A stretch of 20,000 bases of DNA, from positions 101,987,838 through 102,007,837 of the forward strand of contig CM052816.1 of NCBI GenBank assembly GCA_028534125.1, written 5' to 3'. Positions within the stretch are counted from its first letter, which is position 1. Each line of letters opens with the position of its first letter. Below, piece by piece: positions 1 through 10,745 of this stretch. The notes below the pieces were generated by a model that searched no databases, had not been told where the DNA came from, and worked only from the letters and a program-made list of their open reading frames with translations. The position numbers and the translations under genes are program-made. This DNA comes from Lama glama. Its lineage: Eukaryota.

Positions 1-600
1 TCACAGGCCTGTCCTGGCCCTCACTCTCTGCACGTGTCAGCCTTTGTAAGCCTTCACGGTCATCCAGGAACAAGGCATAGCTAGGACCCTCTCTGGCTTC
101 TCCTGAGCTTGCCTGCAGCCTTGTGCATTTCGGAACTCCCAAGAACCTCTGGACTCCAGTGATACCTGGTTCTCCTTCTCAGCTAAGGTGCCACCTGGTC
201 TCCTAGCTTTTGCATCTGCCCCGAATAGCAGCACAGCTGCAGACAGCTGCGATGTTGGCCTTCCCTGACGGGACACCTCTGAGGCCGCTGTTGTTGACAA
301 CAGCCCTGGCCATGGGTGTTCCCACACTCGGCTCCAAATCAAGCTAGCCCTTCCCAGTGGAACTACCACACACGGAGCGGGTGGGGTTGGGTGGACAGCA
401 GCGGCCACCGGCTGACCGCTGCAGATTTCTGCTGTTCTGTCCAAGGGTTAGTAGTTCCTTGAATAAGTGCTTCTCAGTTTGTTGCCTGCCTGTGGGCCCA
501 TTTCCAGAGTCCTGAAATGATTGTTGTTTTTTAAAGTTTTGTTATTTCTTTTTTGGAAAGAGGATTTGCCAAACTCTTCACTCAGTCATTCTGGAAGTCC
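1..600 (-). mobile_element. Old L1M (L1MC/MD-like) 5'-end fragment, antisense
   Basis: Ends in gaggatttgccaaactcttcactcagtcattctggaagtcc and contains tttccagagtcctgaaatgattg, which I recognise as reverse-complement old L1M 5' ends. Confidence 0.6.
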
Positions 601-1305
601 CAGGCCATCTGGCAGTGTAATTTATTTTTGAACTAACATAGTTTTAGGTTCATTTTCCATGGGGGAAGTGTGTGTATTTTAGAGTCTAAGTGGGATTTGT
701 CTGGGGCAATTCAAAGAGTCTGACCCAGTTTTTGCTTGTCAGTTGTCAATCTAATACACTTGTAGTGAGTAAATCACTGCAGACCCTCCACAATTATCAT
801 GCTTAGAATTAAGGGTGAAATGCACGCTCTTTGCTTCTAGAACTGATGCAGAGACAAGCTTTCATCCCATTGGCTGTCGGGTTGTCTGTTACCTGAGCTC
901 CATGGAAAACAAGGTGAATGAACCAGAAGGAGAGGCTGAGCAGTGTGACCATGACTGAACTGAGTTGCTCTCCTCGTGAACCCCAAAGAAGTGAAGTAAA
1001 AGCATCTTAAAGCATACGTTATCACTTATTTTAAAATTACACCTTTTTTTCAAGATTTACTAATATACCTTAGAAATTCTAGTAAAAGTAAAACACCCTA
1101 AAATTTCACCAATAGACATTAGGTATTAATCAAGTCAGAGATGAGTACGTAAATGTGCTGAGCCACACCTGTAAGGGCTTGTCCAAAACGGCCACAGTGG
1201 TCACCTCTGGATAGAGGGATATGTCTTTGTAATTTCCTGAGTTAATTTATCAAATGCATACATATTTTTTACAATAGGAAGCTGTTTTAAACATCTGCTT
1301 TCTTT

Positions 1306-1418
1306 AGCTGCAAAAGGGGGATAGCAGTCATTCCTGAGCTGCATGATTGCTCACAGAGTGAATGAGCATTAACATGTGAGAACTTGCTGGGGAAGGTCCC
1401 TGGCTCACAGCAAAAGGT
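1306..1418 (+). mobile_element. MIR SINE core/3' fragment
   Basis: ctgcaaaagggggatagcag...gagtgaatgagcattaacatgtgagaac...ccctggctcacagcaa parallels the MIR consensus ctgtaaaatggggataata...attaaatgag...aatgtaaagc...gcctggcacatagtaa. Confidence 0.65.
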
Positions 1419-1449
1419 TTTCTTCTCCCCATTCTTTGTGTGTGAGAGC

Positions 1450-1760
1450 ACATGGGTAAACTTCTTGGAGTTAAATGAATGATATGTCTATATTGTAGAA
1501 TATAGGGTGAGTGTTCATGTTTATAAAATGGAGACTGACGAGATAATACTATATTAAGGTGGAAATAATAAATCGCATTGTGCAGGCAATATGACTTCCG
1601 CCATAAAAAAAGAAAAAATGTTCAAAAAAAGAGTATAAAATGCTGTAATAAGATTATCTTTTAGTGGTGAAATTGTTATGGCTTTTTCCATTATAGATTT
1701 CTGCAATTTCCAAAATTTCCCAGATGGTCATTCATGAGTTTTATTAAGCAGGAAATGTTA
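1450..1760 (+). mobile_element. Highly diverged L1ME-like 3' end
   Basis: AT-rich block with taaaatgctgtaataagattatctt...gtggtgaaatt...ttctgcaatttccaaaattt, resembling L1ME4-type 3' ends. A similar piece lies at about 1185-1285. Confidence 0.45.
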
Positions 1761-2189
1761 TAAAAATGTCCTTAGAATATAGCTTAAAATTCTGTTTTCC
1801 TCCGTGTGACCTGGGGCTGCCTCTTGCCCTCCTCCTGAAGATGAGCTTTCTTCCTGAGGGCGTGCCCCATCATCCACTTAATCCTGCCAGGTGCACCCTT
1901 CTCTGTGCAGACTGAGCACGCTGTGTGGTGGGACCAGGTGCAGAGCCTGGTCCCAGGAGGCCACTGTGCTGGGTGAATGGATATGGTCTGGGTCTCTAAC
2001 CTGGTGATCCTGCACAAGCTGGCCGTCTCTCAGCAGCGTCCTGAGGCTGACTCAGATGATGCTATTCAATTTTAACGAGTTAAATTGAAATGAGAAGTGC
2101 CCACCTCACTGGCCAGCATTGCCAACCTGAATGAGAACTGTGTCCTCCCCTGTCCTCGGGTTGAGAAGGTCCAAGATTCAGAAGCTCTC

Positions 2190-2741
2190 TGTTACTTCAG
2201 AAATGGAAAGGGAGAAGACCCCAGTTCTTGTCGTAGCTGAAAGATAAGGTCATAGACAGGAGACAGTGTGCTGTGTGGAGAAAGATTTTACAGGACTTAC
2301 TTAGAAAAGGAAAGCACACCCCCGAGCACCGCAGGAGGGCTGGTCTCAGGGGGAAGAGCAGTTGTCTTGTCTGTCCCTTCCTCTTGCAACCTGGCTCAGA
2401 GGTGGTCTCTTGAGTGACTGATGCTCTTGTCCCTGGAATGCTTAGTCATGCTTGCTTCCTTTGCACATGTCCTTACCCGTGATGCACACAGAGAAACCCA
2501 TGGTGGGGGGCCTAAACTGCATTGCTAATTGTAATCCAGTGAGCACTGGGTCACGTCCAGTTAAGTTCTTCTCTCTACCGTGCAGTTGCGGCTGTCGGGT
2601 TCTAACCGGTTTCTTGCTGGCACTTACGCAGAAGAAATAAAGTCCCTTTATGCTGGAGGCAGGCATAATGCCATCTTCCGGACCCTCCTCCCTCTCCTCC
2701 ACCTGCTTGCCCGGTGCCCCCATTTATTTGACTACCTAACA
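2190..2741 (-). mobile_element. Complete solo LTR, ERV1 class (552 bp)
   Basis: Ends TGTTA (2190-2194) and TAACA (2737-2741) form a 5-bp terminal inverted repeat with TG...CA. Flanked by a 4-bp direct repeat tctc (2186-2189, 2742-2745), the TSD length typical of ERV1. Orientation inferred from resemblance to LTRs beginning TGTTAGGTAG. Confidence 0.8.
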
Positions 2742-2915
2742 TCTCCAAACCCTCTTTGATCTCGTGCATTCACATAGCAGCATGCCTACTCCAAGGATAT
2801 CCTTCCTCAGAAAACCCACACAGACACTTCAGCCCCCTTTAGGGTCACATTCACACACATTCTTAGGCACCACCCTCCTTGTGGATCCCGTCACAGACAC
2901 ATGCTCTTAGCATGT

Positions 2916-2972
2916 GCCCTTAGACACTTCTTCACACTAAAAAGCCCTTAGACACTTCTTCACACTAAAAAG
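2916..2972. repeat. Perfect 28-bp tandem duplication
   Basis: gcccttagacacttcttcacactaaaaa occurs at 2916-2943 and 2944-2971. Confidence 0.95.
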
Positions 2973-4256
2973 ACTCACAATCATCTCCTTTCACAGAAAA
3001 CATTGGTGTGTAATAACTGGAGAATGAGAAAGAAAAGAAATTAAAGGCAGTTAAAGCAAAAATAAACAACAATAACAGCAGAAACCAGAACTTAGGGACC
3101 AAGCAGGAAAGATGGAACCCATGTGGGTGGGTCGGTCAGCATGCAGGGCACCCCTAGGTGGACAACAGGGCCACTGGTTCCCGCTCCCGGAACTTGCCAC
3201 TCAGAGGACCTTGGTTCCCTTCCAACATTAGGAAGGTGAGCGATGGAAGCCAATGGGAAATGGCCACTGCAGGCCACAGCCTCATCCCAGCACCGCTCCG
3301 GGCCCTGAAGTGCACACACGCTGTCAATCCTGAGGCAGCCTCAGTCCCTCCCAGCAGCCAGCCAGCAGGGGTGCGGATGCTGGGACCCTGGCGAGAAGCC
3401 CAGACGGCCAGACGCCCCGCTGTCGGTGCAGCGCTCGCTCCAGGACTGTCCGTAGTACTGTTGTCCACTCAGAAGCCAGAGGAGAGCGGGGAGCTGGGCC
3501 AGAGCCCCAGCACTGCAGCCTTTCCCATGCTGGCAGCCGTCTTCCAAGTGGAACTTGTCAGAGGCACTCTCCAATGTCCAATTTTGCTAACTTTCTGGGT
3601 CTTTCCACACCAGTCCCTCCAGCCACACAGTGACTGGAGCACAGGCACCATTATTCCCTTAGAAAATGGGCCCACAGATCGGCTCCCCACCTGCACCCCA
3701 TTACAAGGAAGAGAGCCCCCAGTGGGGACTGGAAGTGACCTGGTATGACCCTGGGGTTAGCTCCCCAGTGACCCCTCATGAAAGCCCCTCTGCCGAGAGC
3801 GCTAGGATCGACACTGTGACTTGGCTCCACAAACACAGGCCCTTCGTGCACCCTAACTGCCCCATTACCCAGGCAGGGAGGCCTGGCCACCGTGGTTAGT
3901 CCACCCTGTGGACAGAGCTATGCCACCTGCCTCCTCCCTCCCTCCCTCCTCTTTCCTTGTGCTAAACTTAATGTCTAATTTCAGGAGTATTACAGAAAAA
4001 CAGGACGGAGGCCACATCCTGACTCTACCCCCAGAAGGACACTCACAATCCCATAACCAAAAGATCAAACTGGCAATTTCCCAGAAATGCGACTCTGGTC
4101 TTAAAGAAACATGGTCTTCCTGCAGCTCCCTGGCCCCTGGCTGCACATGCGTGAGCGTGTGTGAGGAACACATGTGTGTTTCTAGTGACTGGCCATGACA
4201 GAGCCACAGGTCCCTCATTTGGATTTACAGCTGGAGCCAGGACTGCTGAGAGCACA

Positions 4257-4470
4257 TTTTTTTTTTTTGGTAATTGAATAGTCAGTTTACAATGTTGTGT
4301 CAATTTCTGGTGTACAGCATAGTGTTTCAGTCATACATATATGTGCATATATTCATCTCCATACTTTACATCATACGTTACCACAAAGTATTGAATGCAG
4401 TTCCCTGTGCTATATAGAAGAAACTTGTTGTTTACCTATTTTATATATAGTAGTTAGTATCTGCAAATCT
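4257..4470 (-). mobile_element. Short L1 3' UTR-only insertion, antisense, related to the 7971-9163 element
   Basis: Poly-T followed by tagtcagtttacaatgttgtgtcaatttctgg, nearly the reverse complement of ccagaaattgacacaacattataaactgacta at about 9100-9131. Confidence 0.85.
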
Positions 4471-4934
4471 TGCACACTTCTTAATCACCTTCCAAGTGGA
4501 ATCTCTCTGTCTGCTGACATGGTTTTCTCACTCAACAGAACATTCCCATCAGGAGACATTCACATCTGACTTTCCTGACAGGGGTCCTGGGCATGTGACC
4601 TTGGACCCTGGGCTCTGGTTCCGACCACGTTCTTATCCCGACTCAGGAGTAGCTGGTCTTGGGGCCCCACCTGGGGGTGTGTGTTGGGGGCTCACATGAC
4701 GTTAACCCGTAGGTTTAAAGTTAATTCACACAAAAGATGGATGCAAGTGTGTGCAGAGGATCTGTGTCCTGACGTTTGGTGTTTTGACCATAATCTTGAG
4801 ACCACTGTCCTTAGAAGCTTATGCCCAACTCATCTCAAAGGCGCAGGTTTGAGCGCCTTCTGCCACCCCGTAGCCATGGAAACAACCTCAGCACCAGTCC
4901 GAGACCCCTCCTGGAGTATGAATGACTGCCTTAC

Positions 4935-5853
4935 GCTAAAACTGTGGGTTTTGCTTATTTTGAGCCACAAGATGTTACAATGTCCAACTGAGATATGTAG
5001 GTGGAAAAAAACATTGAAGTCACTGCTTTATGAATTTCACACACCGAGTACTGTTAGCTCACCTCTAAAAATCCCTATAAATAGGAGACAACATTTTAAA
5101 AATTGGTAAATAAAACTCCACATGGAAATAAAAAACAAGACATGATTATTTTTTTTATAAAAATGTTATCCCATAAGACTACAGTTGACAGTAAAATTCT
5201 GTGCCCTGAAACATACACACACACACACACAAGTATGTGCAGGGGAACATGGTCATTACAAGTATCACCTGTACTTTTCCTTCTAAAAGTTCTTTCCTCA
5301 CGTCAGCATTAATGCCTCCACCACCCCAATCTTCAAGTCAACAACAAAAATGTCCCTCTTTTTCCAGTGTATAGAAAACCTTAGGGGATGCCTTTTACCC
5401 CATTTTTAGTTTATTACAATCCTTTTAAGCCCTGGGAAGTGGAGGAGAGTGGAGACTCAGGGTTCCCCAGGGCAGAGGATGGCAGGGGGCTGTGTCCCAA
5501 GGTGATGCCCAGTGCAGGACTGCAGGGACCCAGGTGCCCAAGACCTCGTCCAGCAACAGGTCGGGGCTCTCAAGATACAAATCAAGCTTCTTAATTAAAT
5601 GTGTGTTTTCCTGATTTTCTTTGAAGAAATTAACATGAAACTCCCTCGGAGGGAAATAACGCCGGCTCTTCTGTTTGGTGGGGAGAAGAGTGTGGATCCA
5701 GTTAATCTATTTTGCATTGTTCTTTGTTTTACCGGATCTTACTTTAATTTAAAGTCAATTCACAGAACGTTGGAACATGTAGCGTTCAACAAAAGAGCGA
5801 TTAGACAAATGATGTTTTAAGTATACAGATGTGCTCAGCCCTCTGCCGCAGTG
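4935..5853 (-). other. Cluster of candidate minus-strand exons (5743-5853, 5269-5330, 5063-5074, 4935-4987)
   Basis: Each is bounded by pyrimidine-tract+AG and GT(A/G)A donors: ttcctctaaatAG..GTAAGA; ttgttgacttgaAG..cagGTGATA; tctcctatttatAG..gagGTGAGC; tttttttccacctacatatctcAG..GTAAGG. Confidence 0.35.
5215..5230. repeat. (AC)8 microsatellite
   Basis: Read directly. Confidence 0.85.
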
Positions 5854-6384
5854 CTATTTAGAGGAACAACCCCTGGATTGGCCATTTCAGAAGGATGTGC
5901 TGCTTCCTAACTAAAAGTTTATCTTCACATCATACTTTGTACTAAGTCTCCATTTATAAAACATTTCAACTAAATAATTTAGTGATATTGTGTTGCAGAC
6001 TTAATATTGTTTTCCTCCAGATAAGTTTCAGGGAGGCAAATTTCTCTGCCAAAATTGAGATCTACCTTTTTTTTTTTTTTTGCTAAAATATATTTAAGTA
6101 AATTTAAAAAAATCAAATAACACCAGTGGTCTCTACTGCAGAACATGACACCCCGGTGGACACCACTCAACACACATCCCTGGGCAGGTGCTCCGACACC
6201 TCTGCTCAGAGGGCCCCCTGCAGAATGAGCGGGTTAATGCAGGTAAAGGCTCAGTGGTTTTCTGGCCCCAGTGAGTCCTCACTGAGTATGAGCACCCCCA
6301 CCCCAGTCCTCCGCAGAGCACTGAACTACTCTCACTGACTCCCCGGGACCCACCTCCACTTTTCCAGGTTGGGTCTCTTTACAT

Positions 6385-6960
6385 GTTCTTAACAGCTTTA
6401 TTGAGATACAATCCGTAAACCATACAATCTGCCCATTTAATTCAATGGGTTTCAGTACCCTGGCCCCACAGGTCAATTTCAGAACATTTTCATCACCTCA
6501 AGAAGAAACCCCAAGGCCTTTAGCTGCGACCTCCGGCCCCTCTTCCCCTCAGCCCCAGGCAAGCAATGACCAGCTTTCCAGCTCTTCCAGTTCCCTGACT
6601 TGGTGTGAGTGGATCACACGCACGTGGCCTTCTGCGCCCGCTTCTCTCACCGAGTGTCGGGGTGTCAGCGTTCGTCCACCCTGAAGCTTCCTCAGTGCCT
6701 AGTCCCTTCTTGAGGCCGAGCAATGTTCCGCTGTGGGGGCAGACATCACCTGCACCCTCTCACCCTCTGATGGCCGTCTGGGTTGTTTCTGCCTCCTGGC
6801 TCTTGTGGACTTGCTGCTGGGAACACTGGACCCCCGCCCTTGAGTGGACAGGGCTTCCTTTCTCTTGGGTGTGGGCCAAGGGCTGGAAATCCTGGTCCTC
6901 GGTGACTCTGTGTTTGACCCTCTGAGGAACTGACAGGCGTTTGGCAAAGTGGCTGCTGCT
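6385..6960 (-). mobile_element. L1MB-like 3' end, antisense, strongly GC-shifted
   Basis: Begins ttaacagctttattgagataca, contains ttcagaacattttcatcacctcaagaagaaacccc and ends tgaggaactgacaggcgtttggcaaagtggctgc, the L1MB 3'-end layout. Confidence 0.8.
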
Positions 6961-7029
6961 GCTGGTCTTCCTGAGCCATCACATCAGCATCACACCGTCA
7001 TCATGAGGGTCAGTGAGCACTGAGTGGGC

Positions 7030-7345
7030 AGGCATTCTCTGAGCTATGAACAGCCCCAAACCCAGCTAGCTCCGATTAAAACAGACAAATGTCTTTGCCC
7101 GCAATTCTCAGAAATCTGCAGAGAGTGTCTGGCCTCCCAGGCATCCCGAGGGCCAGGACTTCATCCCTCAGAGTATGGTCATTGTGATGAAAAGATGGCT
7201 GCCAGGGCACCAGACATCACAAGCACCTCCATACACCAGGAGAATGCATGTGGCCAGGTGGCAAAATCCCTTCTTCTCCTGTTCCTGGCACTTCCTGGAG
7301 AGAGATGCAGCTTTCCCAGGACCCAGGAGTCTGTTTCCCAGTGGG
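7030..7345 (-). mobile_element. Possible old MaLR (MLT1-type) LTR fragment
   Basis: aagatggctgccagggcaccagacatcaca resembles a motif of antisense MLT1K/L LTRs. Boundaries are approximate. Confidence 0.4.
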
Positions 7346-7970
7346 ATTCACTTTAGACAAAGGGGAGGAGGACAGGCCATGGGGGTTCCAGGGACATCGG
7401 TGGCTGGAGGTCTCTTTCCACTCTTCTAGCAGGACTCACAGGTGAGAAATGGGGGTGGGGGTCCCGGGGGTAAGTTGGATGAAGCTGCCCTTATAAATAG
7501 ATGGGGAGGGGATCTGCTGCAGCCTTCTCTGGGCAGGATGAGGAGAGACTGGTGCTCACAACCCAGGGCTGAAGCCAGCACAGGAGACCCCCCACTAGGC
7601 CCCAGAATGTTGGGAAGATGTCTCTGTCCCTCTTCATAAATCAGAAAAGGGCAGCTCTGAAATCCCTAAACTCCATGAAGATCAGTGACTCAGCTTTGAC
7701 CATTTTCCTGGGTCGTCTCAATTTCTTAGCAGAAGTCTTTGTCCTCCTTGGAATTTGGGAGCATTTATACTTGGCTCTCACCTTGTCATCAGCACTTAGT
7801 GATGTGCTGAATTAGTGGAAACTTCCAGAAGGATCACCCATACATCTAAGGAGGATTCTGCTGTGTCTGACATCTCTCAGCAACACCTGGGCTTGTAGAC
7901 CACCTCTCAATAATTCCTCTCACAGCTTAGTAAATATTTATGGACTCTGACCTCAAAAGAAATCCTATCA

Positions 7971-9163
7971 GGGAAGTCTACACAAGAAATAGAAATAAAA
8001 GCAAAAATAAACAAATGGAACCTAATTAAACTTACAAGTTTTTGCACAGCAAAGGAAACCATAAGCAAAACAAGATGACAACCTATGGAATGGGAGAAAA
8101 TATTTGCAAATGGTGAAACTGATAAGGGCTTGCTCTCCAGAATATATAAACAGCTCATATGACTTAATAAGAAAAAAACAAACAAACAAAGAACCCAATC
8201 CAAAAATGGGCAGAAGACCTAAACAAGCAATTCTCCAATGAAGAAATATGAATGACCAATAGGCAAATGGAAAAATGCTCAATATCATTAATTATCAGAG
8301 AAATGCAAATCAAAACTACAATGGGTATCACCTCACACCAGTCTGAATGGCCATCATTCAAAAGTCCACAAATGACAAATGCTGGAGAGGCTGTGGAGAA
8401 AAGGGAACCCTCTTACACTGCTGGTGGGAATGCAGTTTGGTGCAGCCACTGTGGAAACAGTATGGAGATTCCTCAAAAGACTAGGAGTAGACTCACCGTA
8501 TGACCCAGGAATCCCACTCCTGGGCATATATCCAGAAGGAACCCTAATTCAAAAAGATACCTGCACCCCAATGTTCACAGCAGCACTATTTACAATAGCC
8601 AAGATGTGGAAACAGCCTAAATGTCCATCGACAGATGACTGGATAAAGAAGTGTGGTATATTTATACAACAGAATACTATTCAGCCATAAAAATGACAAC
8701 ACAATGCCATTTGCTGCAACATGGATGTTCCTGGAGAATGTCATTCTAAGTGAAGTAAGCCAGAAAGAGAAAGGAAAATGCCATGTGAGATCACTCGTAT
8801 GTGTAATCTGAAAACAAAACAAAACAAAACAAAACAAAACAAAACATAAATACAAAACAGAAACAGACTCAGAGATATAGGATACAATCTTGTGTTTGCC
8901 ACGGGGGAGATGGGTGGGAAGGGACAGACTGGGAGTTCGAGATTGGTAGATACTGATAGGTATATATAGAATAGATAAACAAGTTTATACTGCATAGCAC
9001 AGGAAAATATATACAAGATCTTGTGGTAGTTCATGGGGAAAAAGAATATGAAAATGAGTATACGTATAGTCATGTATCACTGAAAAATTGTGCCATATGC
9101 CAGAAATTGACACAACATTATAAACTGACTATAACTCAATTTAAAAAAAAAGAATAATAACAA
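7971..9163 (+). mobile_element. Young 5'-truncated LINE-1 (ORF2 C-terminus, 3' UTR, A-rich tail), probably a camelid-type family
   Basis: Typical ORF2 3' sequence with the CX3CX7HX4C motif [18 protein letters not shown] at 8380-8433 and YDPGIPLLGIYP in another frame, so it is frameshifted. A-rich tail about 9143-9163. TSD aaaagaaatcctatca (7955-7970) / aaaagaaatcctgtca (9164-9179), 15/16 identical. Confidence 0.95.
8811..8845 (+). repeat. (AAAAC)7 microsatellite inside the L1 3' UTR
   Basis: Seven perfect AAAAC units read directly. Confidence 0.95.
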
Positions 9164-9561
9164 AAAAGAAATCCTGTCATGAATAGTGGAAAAATCAAGT
9201 GTTTCCAATTCAGTGTTTCAAAAACTTGGTTTATATTTTTCTGCAAAGATTTCTGTCTTTCAATAAAATCTTAGTTTCTGCTGTTCTTTTAAAAACAAGA
9301 AAATTAACTTTTAAAGATTCTTTATGATTTCAATACATGAACCTTTATAACCAAAATAAGTAAACTTTCAATTTCATGTTCTCAGAGGCTGTTTGGAGGA
9401 GGAACACCTCTGCCCACATTTCTGGTTGCAAAGTCGCAGTGGTACTAGGGGGATGTGAGTGGGTTGGCTGCACCCTGCCCTGGCAGGTGCAGCCTTGTGC
9501 AGCCTGACTGAGGCAGGGCTCACAGGCGGCACTTGGATCCCCTTAATGAGAGAGCACTTAC

Positions 9562-9668
9562 AAATTCTCCAGAAAGTAACCAGCCTGCAAGGTTCCAGGA
9601 GAATCGTTGCAGTGACTACAACTTGTTAGTATTAAAGAATTACTTCCCAACAACTCTTCAGATAGAAA
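9562..9668 (-). other. Candidate 107-nt internal exon of an unidentified minus-strand transcript
   Basis: Minus strand reads catttatctcatttAG | 107 nt | GTAAGTG. One frame is open (FLSEELLGSNSLILTSCSHCNDSPGTLQAGYFLEN). No homologue recognised. Confidence 0.35.
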
Positions 9669-10047
9669 CTAAATGAGATAAATGATTTTGTTGTACTTTT
9701 TAAAATTAAAGAATTGTTAAAGACGCTTTATTCAGTTTACAGACTAGAATATTAAAAGTTTTAGTTACTTTATGAAAACCAATCATTTGCCACCTGCTTA
9801 AAAAAAAGATTTAATTTTGTTGTAAGCCTCAGGAGCATTTACATTTTATCCACAGGTTGTTCAAATGAGCAGCATTTAATTAAACAGAAACAATTATACA
9901 AGTAGAATTCTAATCTAAAAAGTCCTAAGTGGCTATACGGTAACATGGGTACGTAACTCTTATATCCTTGGATGCAAGAAATTCTAGTTTCAGATAATTT
10001 TTCACACTAAAAAGTTGTCCACACTTATGGAACTTAAAAAACATTGT

Positions 10048-10745
10048 TGAGTCTCCGCCCTGTAGCTTGGAGTGTGTGCCTGCCGCGTCGCAGCTGTCTG
10101 AGCCTGTCTCCGCATTCCCGCCACCGCCACCTCTGCTAGCATGCCCAACTTCACTGGCACTTGGAAGATGCGCAGCAGCGAGAATTTCGATGAGCTGCTC
10201 AAGGCGCTGGGCGTGAGCGCCATGCTGAGGAATGTGGCCAAGGCGGCTGCGTCCAAGCCGCACGTGGAGACCCGCCAGGATGGGGATCAGTTCTACATAA
10301 AGACATCCACCACGGTGCGCACCACCGAGATCGACTTCAAGGTCGGAGAAGGCTTTGAGGAGGAGACAGTGGACGGACGCAAGTGCAGGAGTTCAGCCAC
10401 TTGGGAGAATGAGAGCAAGGTCCACTGCACACAAACTCTCCTAGAGGGCGACGGCCCCTAACCTCCTGGACCCACGAGCTGGCCAACGAAGAGCTCATCC
10501 TGACTTGTGGCCAGCTTACTCCTGCTTTGAGGGTGGGATGCATGTTCCGCTGAAAAATGTCATAGTTCTGAGCTGCCAGTGGACCTCCCCTTCCCCCCTA
10601 TCAACATTAGGAGATCCCATTTTCCCCACGGTAATGTAGTGTTTCCCCTCAAGGCCTTTTCTGCTTCTGTGCTCCTGGTGCTCCCTAGTTTGGCATCTGT
10701 ATGGTTTCATCAGTCATTAAACTGGTTGTACACATCTCTAAAAAA
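10048..10745 (+). pseudogene. CRABP1: Processed (retrotransposed) pseudogene of cellular retinoic acid-binding protein 1, full length with both UTRs
   Basis: ORF 10141-10461 ([24 protein letters not shown]...[10 protein letters not shown]) matches CRABP1 residues 1-106, with 9 substitutions versus the human protein as I recall it. It is contiguous across the parent's three intron positions. A 1-nt loss at codon 107 gives TAA at 10459-10461, and the shifted frame from 10461 reads TSWTHELANEELILTCG (parent TYWTRELANDELILTFG). CRABP1-like 3' UTR follows, with ATTAAA at 10716-10721 and an A-run at 10740-10745. TSD aaaaaacattgt (10036-10047) / aaaaataattgt (10741-10752). Confidence 0.97.

Noticed and set aside
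3158..3748. 196-aa ORF and overlapping ORFs
   Set aside because: Non-ATG start, no recognisable domain and ORFs on both strands, as expected by chance in GC-rich DNA.
4250..4480. TSD around the short antisense L1 tail (gcacattt / gcacactt)
   Set aside because: Too short and imperfect to call confidently.
5075..5084. MEF2 consensus CTATAAATAG (also TTATAAATAG at 7491-7500)
   Set aside because: Short AT-rich motifs are expected by chance, and the first is equally explained as the minus-strand splice acceptor of the microexon candidate.
7907..9073. Several ORFs on both strands, some hydrophobic
   Set aside because: They are sense and antisense translations of the frameshifted L1 fragment and its microsatellite.
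9925..10263. Minus-strand 112-aa ORF
   Set aside because: Mostly the antisense shadow of the CRABP1 retrocopy. Only its distal part overlaps a weak exon candidate.
10141..10461. Functional CRABP1 gene
   Set aside because: It is intronless with a TSD and A-tail, has a premature stop and C-terminal deletion, and carries many substitutions in a near-invariant protein.
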